Shown here in pieces: positions 15,038 to 28,483 of a stretch of 64,000 nucleotides of DNA; the stretch's first letter is position 1; each line of letters begins with the position of its first letter. The stretch covers positions 6,882,001 to 6,946,000 of the forward strand of contig CM022666.1 in assembly GCA_012295275.1 (NCBI GenBank), given 5' to 3'. Both the position numbers and the translations under genes were made by a program. Source of the stretch: Chrysomallon squamiferum (Eukaryota > Animalia > Mollusca). Below the pieces are notes generated by a model. The model was not told the DNA's origin, ran no database searches, and worked only from the letters and a program-made list of their open reading frames with translations.

Positions 15038-16428
15038 AAATAAAAAGACTGTTAAATAAATAATGTGTAATTGAGTTGCTACTCAAGAAAAAAAAAAAAA
15101 AAAAATAAATAGTAATAATAATAAAAAAATAAATAAATGAAGTAACTAATGTCTAATTAAAATGTAAACAGGACGGCAGGTGAAAGACAAAAATAATGAG
15201 AGGGAAGAAAAAAACACAGGAAGTGGCAAAAAGTGACATGGTGGCAGAAAAGCAAAAAAAATAAAAATAATAAATAAATAATAGAAATAAATAAAAATAA
15301 ATAAAATAATAAAAGATATAAAATAAGTAAGTAAATAATATATATATATATAAAATAATAATAAATTAAACAAAAATATAATAATAATAATAAATAAATA
15401 AATAATTAAATTAAAAAAACAAAAATAAATAAAATAATAAGATATAAAATAAGTAAGTAAATAAAAAAATAAAACAAAAATAATAAAATAAATAAATAAA
15501 TATATAATTAAATTAAAAAAATTAATTAGTTAAAAAGGTGAAAATAAACAATAAAATCAATAAATAAAAAAATACAAATAAAAAATGGATTAGAAAAATT
15601 TTAAAAAATGAATATAAAAAAAATATATACAAAAAGAATATGAAAAAAAAAATAATAACAAAAAAAAAATAAAAATAAATATACCCCAACAAAGTAGAAA
15701 TAAATACAGAAATATTATAAAGATCAGTACAAGTGTTTTCTTTTTAAATAATCGAAATTAAAACAAGTATTTTTCAAATTGCTGTCAGACAGGCCTCATT
15801 TAACTTGTCTGCTCATAAACTTGACTCAAATCTGTGACTTATCTGAACTATGCCTCACCTCTTTAACTACAATAAACTTTCAAATTACTTTCAGTCGGAG
15901 AAAACTGCAAGTGGTCATGATTTTTTTACATCACATGCACATTTAATTGCAGCAGAGTTTTAAAAAAAGAGATAAGCCACCTGCAAATCTCTCGTCTTAT
16001 TTTTAGTCTAATGGACACAGTGACAGACAGACAGATAGTGATGCATTATTATTCAAAGACCTCAAACATTTGTTGTTGTCGTTGTTTTATAGGAAGATGG
16101 ATATACAATGAGACAGATAGACAGACAGACAGACAGCAAGCATCAATCCTATCTCAGAGACAGAAAGGAGACATTTCCAAAATGGTATCTAAAATACGAG
16201 TAACAAAAAAAAAAAAAAAAAAACGTAAATTGAAACTAAATTGTAATTTTTTTTTTCTTTCTCTCTTCTGTCACTTCTTTAAATGCAATCTATTTTAATC
16301 CTGACAAATTTCTATCTCACCAGAAAAAGAAAATGATTATCTGCAATTGTCCTTGGAATGAATCGGACATGAATCTCCATTTTCTTCCAAATAAAATCTC
16401 AATTTTTACTTCTTTTTTTTTTTTTTTT

Positions 16429-16459
<31 letters not shown>

Positions 16460-16759
16460 TATATTTTTTTTTATCTCAAACGAAAATATTTTCCGTCCAT
16501 TCTTGAACACATAATTGCTATCGATGGATTTTGTGATTAGTCTATTTTAGTTTCGTTTCTACGCTAACAGGAAGGGTTTAGCTTTCAAAAAAAAATATTT
16601 CATAATTTGTTGTCCCTTGGCAGCCGACAATACAAAGCAGAGAAAGTCAATTGATTTGCTATTGATTGCCAGACAAGGTCACAGCGATTTCACCAACTCG
16701 TCCACACATTATTTTCTCTTTTGCACAGACAGAGTAATTAATGTGTCGTTTAATATTAA

Positions 16760-17150
16760 ATGATTCGGTAAATAAAAACAGTCTGATTCAATTTCGGTGA
16801 TTCAGTAAACTAATACACGTACGATTCAACGGCAGTGATTCAATATATAACAAGTCTGATTCAATAAGCAAATACAGTACAATTCAACATCTGTGGTTCA
16901 GTATATGACCAGTCTGAATTCAATAAATGAAGTCTGATTCAATATCAGATGATTCGATAAACGAATACAGCATGATTCAACACCAGTGATTCAATATATA
17001 AGCACTGTCTGATTCAATAAGAACAGTTTGTTTCAGTACCAAATTGATTTAATGAATAAAATGATAAATGGTCATTGTATGATTCAAAAATAAATAATTC
17101 AATAAATAAAATCAGTTGAATGTCTCAACAAATACAAACAGTCTGATTGT
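16760..17150. repeat. Degenerate ~20-bp array with TGATTCAA core
   Basis: More than 10 TGATTC(A/G) motifs at short, semi-regular spacing. Confidence 0.7.
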
Positions 17151-18584
17151 GATTCTCCAGACAGAATTTTTTGTTTTTTAATATTAAATGAATCAATAAA
17201 TAAAAATATAAAATCCAATTTAATTTTTTGATTTTAGATAAAAAAATATTTCAATAAAAAATGTTTTCATACCCTCTATAATAAATAATTGAGCAAATAA
17301 AACAAAAAATAATAAAAAAGTAATAAAAAAGCAAACAAACGAGTGATTCAGTGTCAAAATGTTCAAATTCTTTCAGTCTGATTCAAGTGATAAAACTTTA
17401 TTACACAAAATCAAGTTATTAAAAAGTTATGATTGACTCTCCTTTGATTTAGAAATAAAAGAGAACAGAAAAGGAGAGGAGAGAAAGAAGGAGAGAAAAG
17501 AATGGGAGAGGAAGACAGGGAAGGATGAATTGGGAGAAAGAGAAAGATAGAGAGATGGAGAGAGAGGTGACATGGGGAGGAACAGAGAGAGGGAGGGAGA
17601 GAGAAGAAGAAGAAAGACAGAAAGAACAGAGAAAAATCAACAGAAATGAAAAAAGAGAAATGGATAACTAAAACGTAATAAAAAACTAAGAAAGAAAGAA
17701 TGAAAGAATGATGAAGGGTAATTTTGAAGTATGCAAATACATAAACCTATGTTCAGACACATGTAAAACACTACATATCTGTAATCTAGAACATTCATTA
17801 GTTGATGAAATCTTTAACATCTTCTCCTCAGCCATCAAAGGAAAACAGGGAAAGAAGAAAATAATAATAAAGAAATGATGATATTTATTTCTGAGTATAA
17901 GAATGAAAAAAAAAAACTATGTTCACCTACATTGTACAAACACCACATTTCTAAATCTGGAGCATTCATTAACAGTCAGTTTATCAAAACTTATCAATGG
18001 AAAGAGGTAAAGGGGAAAAAAAAAAAAGAAGAATATAAAACGTTGATTTTTATCTGTGTATGTTGCTATATACATATAAAAAAACAACTCTGTTCATACT
18101 CATGTACAAACACTGAGCTGTAGCAGCTATTAGAAATCAGTTTTACGAGGACACAGAAAGAAGAAGTGAGCAGCTGTGTAAGAGGTTATTAAACATTTCA
18201 TTAGATGCTGTCTGCCATTTCATTTCACCCCGACCTTTCTGAACTCACAACTTTGGTGGCAGAACAGCAGCGACAACAGCAGCAGCAGCAGCAAGAAGAA
18301 GAACAACTACCTACAGCACAAGAGGAGACACAATTTCCAACCAATTACCATCAAGAGAACAAAGAGTTTGGCTTCTAATCTACAGGAGATTACACATAAT
18401 GTCCAAGACTCTGAGAGGGTCAGTTTTAGCATCATGTCATTATAATGGTCAGCAGCGATCATACGGTCAGTTGTCATGGTGATCCATTATTGTCCATTTT
18501 TGGTATCGGAAGTCTTGAAGGTGGACCGAATGTAGGTCAGTGATGTCAAACTGCTGAACTAAGTTATTATGTGGAATAGTAATT

Positions 18585-18790
18585 GCATTGATTTCCCATT
18601 CCGAACATAAATGGTTCAGGTTACTGCTTGTGTATTAAATCTCAGACTAATATATAACAAAAGTACAGAGAGCTGCATTAACTTCCCATTCCAACCAGAA
18701 ATGGTTTTGATTTATATTGCCTCTGTTTTCAGTTTCTAATATATAATAAAGCATAGAGAGCTACAATTAATTTACCATTCCAACCATAAA
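18585..18790. repeat. Degenerate ~90-bp tandem repeat, 3 copies
   Basis: Core ccattcc(a/g)a(a/c)ca(t/g)aaa recurs near 18596, 18686 and 18775. Confidence 0.7.
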
Positions 18791-20202
18791 CAGCATATAT
18801 GATGTATATTAAATTTACCAGTCATTATATGTTGTATTAAGTTTCTGTTATTAAAATAGAGATGAACTTTCAAAAATCTCACTGATGTAACTCTCAACTC
18901 CCTACTCTTTGTCCAAAACTTTTATGTTTCATTAGAGGCAAAATACTAAGTAGATATTTAAATAATAATTTAAAAATAAATTAAATTTAATTAAAAAAAA
19001 AAAAAAAAAAAAAAAAAATACCCCCATAAAATAACATAAATAAACAACACAAAAGAAAATGAAATAAAATAAAAAAAACCCCATAAAATGAAGTGAGGTG
19101 TAATAACAATAAAAAACAACTTCAGAACAAGTTTTCCATTTAATCTAAACAAATTAAATTCCTTAAAAAAATTTTTAAAAATCTTTTAACAGCAAAATGT
19201 CATTACAAAAATTCAAAATGATAACATCACAGAATAGGGACAAGATTGGAATAAAATAAATTTTTATCATCAACAATATGATAAAGATGCAAGACAGAAA
19301 AGGAAAAGTTTTTTCAAAATTATTTTCTTGAGTGATTAATGATAAACTTTATATATATTTTTTTTTTACTCTTGATTTATATACAACTAGCAATAACAGA
19401 TCTGGGTTATTCTGTAACTCTGTTAGTTATGTGAGGTTTAGATTTAAATTTATAACACACACATATATATATAAGACAAATCATTCTATCATATATAAAT
19501 AGATATATACACTTGTCTATACTTGCATACCTACTGTCTGTGTATGTAAGTACATGTCTACACACACACACACACAATGTACATATATACACAAACAAAT
19601 AATACATAAATGCACATACATCTTGCCTATGTTACACATAAACACATATATAATACACATACACACAAACAGAATAATATACATAAGTTAGATGAAATAC
19701 ATCACCAGTAGATATGTAAAACTGTCATCATTAAAACCTCATTAAGAATATATTTTTGTTAAAACTAAAAGGTTACTTGTCTGTGGGGATTAGACGACAT
19801 TCAAAATTTCACATTTAACGTTCTTCAAAATCCTATAATGCATGGCTTATATGTTTTAGTTGAAAAAAAAATATAAAAAATTTAAAAAAATTAAAAATCT
19901 ATGGTCATCATACTATTGATGTTTTATTTGTAAAAAAAAAGAAAAAAAAAAAAGAAATATAATGTGTCTGGTTTTAATGTTTCTTTTCAAAAATAATGAA
20001 TGAGTCCAGATTTAAATAATTTTATGTTCATTCATCTCTGATATCTGGGTGTCTGTGTGTGAATGTGAGGATGCTGTATCTCTCTCTCTCCTGTAATCTG
20101 AACAGTTTAATGACTGCTGTCTGCAAATCTGATACTTTATCTTCATATGTTTGTATTTATATACGTCTTTCTTCCTTATTCCATTTCACTTCTCTCTTTT
20201 TA

Positions 20203-20793
20203 GGTGTGTGTGTGTGTGTATGTATGAATGAATGAATGAATGTATGTATGTGTGTGTGTATGTATGTATGAATGAATATATGTATGTACGTGTGTGTATG
20301 TATGTATGTATGAATGAATGTATGTGTGTGTATGTATGTATGTATGTGTATGTATGAATGTATGTATGAATGTATGTATGAATGTATGTATGTATGTATG
20401 AATGTATGTATGAATATATGTATGTATGTATAGGTCTAAATGTATATGTCTTTGTATGTATGTGTATGTATTGGTATATATCTACATATATATATATATG
20501 TATATGTGTATATTTGTGTATATGTATATATATGTGTATATGTGTATATTTGTGTGTATGTGTATCTGCATATGCATGTATGTATGTATCTATGTATAAG
20601 CCTATATGTGTGTCTGTTTGTCTGTATGGTATATATGTATCTATGTATAGGTCTATATGTGTGTCTGTTTGTCTCTGTGTTATATATGTATCTATGTATA
20701 GGTCTATATGTGTGTCTGTTTGTCTCTGTGTATATATGTATCTATGTATAAGTCTATATGTGTGTCTGTTTGTCTCTGTGTATCTATGTATAT
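20203..20793. repeat. (TATG/GAAT)n microsatellite grading into a ~50-bp tandem repeat (4 copies, ~20584-20790)
   Basis: Unit atgtatctatgtata(a/g)g(t/c)ctatatgtgtgtctgtttgtct…. Confidence 0.88.
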
Positions 20794-22221
20794 ACTCAAG
20801 AACAAGAATAAAATTAATCTATGTCAGACTTTACAAATAAAAGAAACAGCAACAACAATAATAATTATTACAACAAAACATTCCACTTTCAACTCTGCAT
20901 CGACTACATGCACGTGGGCAGTATCCTGAACATTCCACGCCAGCTGCTGTTGACAGCATCATCATCATCATGATCACTGGTGCAGCCACATTGTTGGTAA
21001 ACACCGTTATTAATTGCTACCAACTGCACAACGTCTTATCACGAACAAAACCAAAAAAGTAAAATAATTTGTCGAACAATCTCTCAGTGAAATCTTTCTA
21101 TTTCGGTGGTCAGTTTAACTGTTGTTCTATGTTCCACCCCTCACAGAAATCTCACATCCAATTACTGTGGCTCTGTTCATTCGCAGGAAAGCACAGACAG
21201 GCAGAATAACGGACACAGACATGCGTTGCTTTACCTAATTGTGTGCAATATGTCAGCTTTGCGGGCTGGAAGAATAATAGGATTGTAGCAAGCTTTGTTA
21301 AATAATTTTTAATACTTTGTTTGTATTTACCTGGTCAGGTGAGAGAGAAAAAACAAATAAAGAAGGTAATTATGAAGATAGGTGTAAAAATGAGATTAGA
21401 ATGTGAATAGAGATAGATGTAGATATAGAGATAGATGTAGAGATAGAGATGGAGAAAGAATGAGAGAATGAAAAGGGAAAGAATGAGAGAATGAAAAGGT
21501 AAAGAATGAGAGAATGAAAAGGGAAAGGGAAAGAGTGGAAGAAAGAGATAGAGGGAGAGAGAAAGAGACAGAGAGAGATAATGAAACTGAGCTTAAGAAA
21601 AACAATTGAAAGAAATGAAAAAACAGGACAAGAGACAGAGAAAGAAAGAGGAACATGCACACAAATATATAAGATAAAATTTGCTATTAACAGAATCTGG
21701 CAGCAGGAACTGATCCCAAGTACTTAAGAAACACAAGACAGTCCTGTCTTTTGCAGTATTTTTAACTTGAGATATAACCAGATATACCTGGAACTTGTAA
21801 CAGTGTAAGCATACAAGAAGAAGCAATATATCTCTACTGAAATCTGTTCATGACTTAAATCGGCAAAGAAAAACGAAGAGAAAAGGAAAATCCATTACCT
21901 CTGACAAATGTTTTAATGAAATTTCAGTCTTTAAAGACATTTATGGATCTTAAATGTTTCGTTTTATAAGAGCTTCTAAAACTGGTCGTTGCCCCTCAAA
22001 CTTTATTACAGCGTGTAAAACAGGAACACATCAGCTAACAGGATTGGTGAAAGTGGCAGTCCTCTCAAGTATCCTCATGATAATACCCCACTCCATTAAT
22101 AATAATAATAATAAGAAGAAGAAGAAACAAATTAAGAAAATTAAAAATTAAAAAGATCATATAGTAGTGGTAGTCCTCACTTAATATTATAGTGTTATAG
22201 ATGATAGCAGCCTATCAGTTT

Positions 22222-22275
<54 letters not shown>

Positions 22276-22547
22276 TAACAGGATTCATCTCATATCATAT
22301 TAACAGTGGCATTCTACCAAACAATATTACATACAAAAACCATTGTGATAGTATTGCCATATCTTATAATGGCAGTATATCAATCCATATTAAAGCCTTA
22401 TTTTATGTCTGTATTCCCATACTTTTTATTATAGTTTTGCTAGCAGTAAAATCTCTATAGTGGCAGTCCTCTTATCATATTATACTAGATTAAGCCAATA
22501 TTAAATGCCTTTGTAGTGACTATCCTCCCATTATTAAAGATAAGAAT

Positions 22548-22730
22548 ATTGTGGCAGTCCTCTCATATCTTACATTATAGTTTTACCAAGTGATATTCTA
22601 TTATCTTACAATACTAAAGGCATGTTTATTGTGGCAGTCCTCTGATATCTTACATTATAGTTTTACCAAGTGATGCTCTATGATCTTACAATATTAAAGG
22701 CGTGTTTATTGTGGCAGTCCTCTCATGTCT
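22548..22730. repeat. 80-bp tandem repeat (~2.3 copies) within a broader degenerate GTGGCAGTCCTC family (~22090-22800)
   Basis: gtggcagtcc at 22551, 22631 and 22711 (exact 80-bp period), with further copies near 22093, 22460 and 22772. Confidence 0.88.
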
Positions 22731-23415
22731 TTCAGTTTTAACATCCACCAAATATTAAACACATGCATACAGTGGCTGTCCTCCCAAGTCTGACTCTACA
22801 ATGGCACCAATATATATCTGTCAACATTAGCTGACAGCCCACACTAGGCGAGCTTTAGCTGCACAATCCATCTCAGTCATTTAGCCATTAAAGTGCTGCA
22901 GCTTTTCAAACAATTGCGATTGCTCAGTTTAATTATCTATTAGCCAATCACGGCCGATGTTTCATCACTGAAATGGATGATGAGTGTAATGACGTTAACA
23001 TCGATCACATTGATTGGCTGAATTTATTTTGAGGAGATTTTTGATTGTTTTTTCATTCTTGTTTTTTTTTTGTTGTTTTTTTTTAAATTTTAAATTTGTT
23101 TTTTTTGAACAAATGACTATATGTACATGTTAATGGGGAATTTCAATGTCAAATTAAAACTTTTAACCTCACACACAGAGATTTAAAAAATTTTAAAACA
23201 GCATTATTCATTGTATGTGGGAAAGAGGAAATATTTCTTGCAATTAAATCAATGGCTTAAAAATATATAATTCCTCAAGTTTGGACTTCTCAAACAAAAT
23301 GGTGAAGGATCAGTGTTTACAGTCATGTTTCTCATCCATGATATATCAAGGTGGAAAATTCATTAGTTTTGATTTTGAAATGGTTTAAAAACCTTAACCT
23401 TTATATAGTTCTTGA

Positions 23416-23496
<81 letters not shown>

Positions 23497-26300
23497 AGAG
23501 AGAGAGAGAGAAACAAAGGGAAAATGAATTTATGTACCATACAGAAAGAAAGAAGGATAAACAAAATACAATGAGAAAGAGTGAGAAAAGAAAAATATAG
23601 AATGAGAACATATATACATTTTTAAAACAAACTGGACTCAACACACTAGAATGGAGAGAGGAAAAGAAAAATGATAATCTATCGTTTTTTTTTTTTTTTT
23701 TACAGAATAAAAAAACAATATACATTCACGGTTATTGCACTACAACTTACACCATTCAAGTAATTGCCAAACTCAGTGTGTACCAGCTACATATATCATC
23801 TGGGTTGGTTTAAAAAGACATATCTATCTATCTACACATCCTGCTTCTATCCTTCCGAACTGCCTGCACACACGGATCGAAAGAGAATAAAAAATGATGT
23901 AGAAGAAAAAGTATGGGGAAGAAGAAAAAAAAAAAAGTAAAAAAAAAAAAAAAAAAAAAAATAAAAATATGTAGAAAAAACAAATTAGACAGTAGAGAGA
24001 GCAAAAAAAAAAATAAAATAAATAAAAAAAACAAGAAGCTAATGAGCATGGGTTAAAAAAAAAAAAAAAAAAAATAACAAGAAGATATTTGTTATGGTAA
24101 AAAAAAAAGTGTTGTGATTTGTTTTAAAAACGAGATGTGTAAATTACTCAAGAACATAATGCAGAAGAGTGTAAGCAAAACAAGCCAGTGATCAATAACC
24201 AAATTGGCGATTTTAGCGCAAAAACATAAATCTGTTCAGGTTGAATAGTTGAGCGTCTTCGCGGGATGGGTCGTGTGTTGGCAATGTGATTTAGCTGTCC
24301 TGTTATTAACTGCATTCTTTTTGGCTTACCGTGGACAATTAAACATATTTCCTTGTGATGAAAGCTATTCTGAGAACAGATTTTGGTAGAAAGAAAGAAA
24401 GAAAAAAAAAAAAAAAAAAAAAAAATGGGGAAAGAAAAAAGAAAGGAAAGGAATAAATATTGTAAAAAAATTAGATTTGTAAATAAAAATGTTTTATCGT
24501 TTATCCTGAACCGATTTCAAAAACACTTTCTTTCTTTCTTTCTTTCTTTCTTTCTCTCTTTCTCTCTGGTTATACTCTCACCCCCACACACATGCACACA
24601 TGTATGCATTTCTGTCTCTGTTTCTCTCATTTTCATTGTGTAGACAGATAAATGAAAGAGGGTAAAAGAATAAACAAAAATATAACATGCAACTGCACAT
24701 TATCATAACATTAACCATTACCACCATCACTGCAACCAATATTCTTACCCTCATCATCATCATAGTCTGAGTATACCTTCATAAATCTCAAAATTCTTTT
24801 TTTTTTTATAAAATATGATTCCTGTCCTTCCTCACTCCTTATATTTATCATCATAAAAAAGAACAAAAAAAAAAAAGGAAAAAAAAAAAACGAACTCTTC
24901 AGACAAAAGTACTGAATATTAGAAATGCATTTTAATTAAGAATCAATCAAACTGTGTTTTTAACTAATGAAGGTTCAAACAAATCTCTGAGAGGTTTGTA
25001 ATATAAGAATCTGGAAGCTCTGTGTAATGAAGTGATTGTTAGTATGTTACAATAGTTTCAGAAGATAAAGATTAGTTTTGAATTTTAGCTGGTACAGGGA
25101 TTTGATCTCACAACCCAGCAACAAGACCAACCACTGTGTAGTTTAATTATTTCTGTTGTTGAGAGAAGTAATTAGAGAATGCACTGAAACACACGCATAC
25201 AAGAATCACAAATCATTTGCCTCAACAGTTATGCCTTTATATAAAAACATCAGCTTCAACAACAGCAATCCAAATCCAATAATTTGTATTTCACACAAAC
25301 TGACAAAAAAAAAAAAAAAAATATATAAAAACAAAAATCGGTGTTTTACGACATTACCGCTAGATCAGTATAAACAAGTTTTATACCAAAACCATGACAA
25401 CATGCATGTTTTGTACATATTTTTAAAAAAACCAGAAAGAAAAGAGAAAAAAAAGAATTAATTTCTGCTTTAAAATGAATCGGCTAGGTGTGGAGAGACT
25501 TGTTTGTTGTTACACAGACCACAATCATGACAAAATGTGAAAAGCTATTAGTAAGTTAATCTGATAAGTGTGGTGTGAGACCCTGACTTATTTTTAAAAA
25601 AAACATGTGGTGTGAGACCCTGACTTATTTAAAAAAAAACACATCTCTCTCTCTCTCTCTCTCAGGATGCCTGGCCAGGCATACTTTTCATCTGAAACCA
25701 AAAATTCTTCTTCTGTCTGTGATCCTGATGTTCAAGCACGTCATGACTGTTCATCTGTTTTACAACATATTCTAACATTAAACAAACCTTTACCCATCTT
25801 TTAAAATATTTACTAGCTTCAAAATATATCCTTGCTTTAAAATAAATCTCATACCGAATTTTAAAAATATCCTTCAGATAAAATACATAATTATTTTACA
25901 GTATATCCTTTCTTCAAAATACATTTTTTTTTCTGACTTTACAATGTGTTTTTGCTATTGTTTACAACTTAAACAGATATTACTACCTGTTTTAACAGTC
26001 TCACAAAAATATTTGTAAGAACAAAGTAACCAGTGGATGCAACAATTAACCACAACCTTGTACAGCATGCTGCAACAATAAGCAGCATAACAGACTAACA
26101 ATGAACTGACTAATGATTATAACAACCAGTTATAGGACAATACACAACCAAGTATGTTTTACAACAACCAGCTAGATGAAGATATGTATGTTGATAAAAC
26201 AGTCAACTCTATCATGATAACAGCCAAATACAATGAAATATAACAACCAACTGTATGATGAATAACAACCAAATATATGATATAACATTTAGAAGTATGG

Positions 26301-26843
26301 TAATATAACAACTGACAGTATGGCGACATAACAACTGACAGTATGGCAATACATCAACTAACAGTATGGCGACATAACAACTGACAGTATGGTGACATAA
26401 CAACTGACAGTATGGCGACATAACAACTGACAGTATGGCAACATAACAATTGACAGTATGGCAATACAACAACTGACAGTATGTGATGTAACAATTGACA
26501 GTATGGCAATACAACAACTGACAGTATGGCGATATAACAACTGACAGTATGGTAATATAACAACTGACAGTATGGCAATGCAACAACTGACAGTATGGTG
26601 ATATAACAACTGACAGTATGGCGACATAACAACTGACAGTATGGTGACATAACAACAGACAGTATGGCGACATAAAAACTGACAGCATGGCAACATAACA
26701 ACTGACAGCATGGCGACATAACAACTGACAGTATGGTGACATAACAACTGACAGTATGGCAACGTAACAACTGACAGTATGGCGATATAACAACTGACAG
26801 TATGGCATTACAACAACTGACAGTATGGCAACATAACAACTGA
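26301..26843. repeat. 23-bp minisatellite ACAACTGACAGTATGGCGACATA, about 23 copies
   Basis: Direct reading; explains the three overlapping periodic minus-strand ORFs at 26212-26874. Confidence 0.97.
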
Positions 26844-26999
26844 AAGAATGGTCATATAACAAACAACCGTACACTGATCACCAACAATAAGTGACACGAC
26901 AACGATGTTAACAACCAAACGTATTATCATGTAACAACAAAATGCTCTGACATATCCGAGGACTGGTGCTTGTCTGTGACCATGTTGTGCAGCCAGTAA

Positions 27000-27645
27000 G
27001 ATGTGACAGACAGAAAATTGCGGCTGTTAAGAAAAAGTGACTAATTATTCTTATATCGGTCAACAAGCAAACAGTTTAAAAGAGTCAGCCGTTATTCTCG
27101 GTCTGCCAGCGAAACTGATAAATGCCTTAAAGAAACAAACGTTAATTCATCGGCTTCTCGCGAAGGACAATAAATTCCATTAGAGGCACGGAGAACAAGC
27201 CATTCCAGTCAGCCCCACTTCCACAACGTTGCCAGCGCCAATTTTACAAGCATGTACGACGATTGTGCCTGTGCGTAAACAGCAGGATTCGCGAGATTTA
27301 TTGTTATTATTCTTCCCCAGCAAGATTGAAACGTCTGGCGAAAAGGCTTTGTCAAAGACGGTCTGTTGTTATGCGTTGTTAAGTGAAACGAAACCTGCGA
27401 GGCCGAGGAGGTTGCTTCATTGCGCCGAATGTTTGTGTCCAGCAGTTGAAAGTCAGCATTGTTTGGAGACGAATGTGAAAAGTTACAAAAGCGAGATGGA
27501 GACAAAAGTTTCTGATTTTGACTTTGAACATTTAGAGTGCAGTTTATTATCATCATTGTCATCATCATCATCAGGCATCATGGCCTTGGACTTTCAATGG
27601 AAGCATTGTCAAGACGATGTGAAAGATTTCAGATGACGTCTCTGA
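27000..27645. promoter_or_regulatory. Candidate cis-regulatory island (CpG-retaining, high complexity)
   Basis: Many CpGs and higher GC than the flanks, no repeats, no convincing ORF, TGACGTC near 27634. Function is inferred only. Confidence 0.4.
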
Positions 27646-27697
27646 ATGTTGATAATTAATACACAGACATATAAACTTATATTTGTATTCATGTATT

Positions 27698-28037
27698 CAT
27701 CAAGCACATATTTCATGTGTCACAATAAAAATTTCAGCTGATATTTTTATATGTTAGTAATTAATAAAACTTACATATATATTTGTAATCATGGTTCAAG
27801 CACATATTTGATGGGTCTCACTAAAGACACTGTCTAAATGATTTAAAAGCTTTCAGCTGATATCTTTTAACAATTAAAGTAGTTATATTCATGGTTCAAG
27901 CACATATTTGATGGGTCTCACTAAAAGCACTGTCTAAATGATTTGAAAGCTTTCAGCTGATGTCTCTGTATTTATTAACAATTAACATATTTACATAAGT
28001 AGTTATATTCATGGTTCAAGCACACACTTGATGGGTC
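27698..28037. repeat. ~100-120-bp tandem repeat, 3-4 copies
   Basis: catggttcaagcaca…tgatgggtc at 27790, 27890 and 28010, plus a decayed copy near 27700. Confidence 0.85.
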
Positions 28038-28411
28038 AGAGTCTTTATCAAAGATGGCTGCCACGTCCTTGTTGAGTCCTGTGTTTTATTACTGATGCTA
28101 CTCAGTGGAACAGAGATAGACTGAAGTGTGACAGATCGCATGTTCTACTCTTCTCAGGGAACCGAAGACGTTACTTCCTGTTCTGACTTCAGCCAAAATT
28201 CCACGAGAAACACATCAAAGCTATCTTGTCTACGATTTGAGAACATTTTTTTTGTAACAGTGATTATTTAAACAGCTGTCTGCTGAAAAACCTTTCTGTA
28301 CTGCAGTGATGTGAATAATTTAAACATACATGGCTCAACTGAATAATGAATGCAGATACAAACATGCATGCAAACAGAATCAGATTCACACACACACACA
28401 CACACACACAC

Positions 28412-28483
<72 letters not shown>

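Noticed and set aside
22977-23021. C/D-box snoRNA (ATGATGA…CTGA)
   Set aside because: Only ~45 nt, no terminal stem, and antisense to the host gene.
24279-24300. TGGCAATGTGATTTAGCTGTCC resembles miR-34
   Set aside because: Seed mismatch (GGCAAT versus GGCAGT) and no complementary arm nearby.
26212-26874. 220-aa Cys-rich periodic ORF and two overlapping ORFs; superficially CRISPR-like array
   Set aside because: All three frames are open because the 23-bp unit lacks stops on that strand. The units are contiguous with no unique 25-45-nt spacers, there are no cas genes, and the context is a eukaryotic intron.
27229-27636. 135-aa plus-strand ORF as a protein-coding gene
   Set aside because: TTG start, no recognisable domain, no clear splice support; kept only as a non-coding island.
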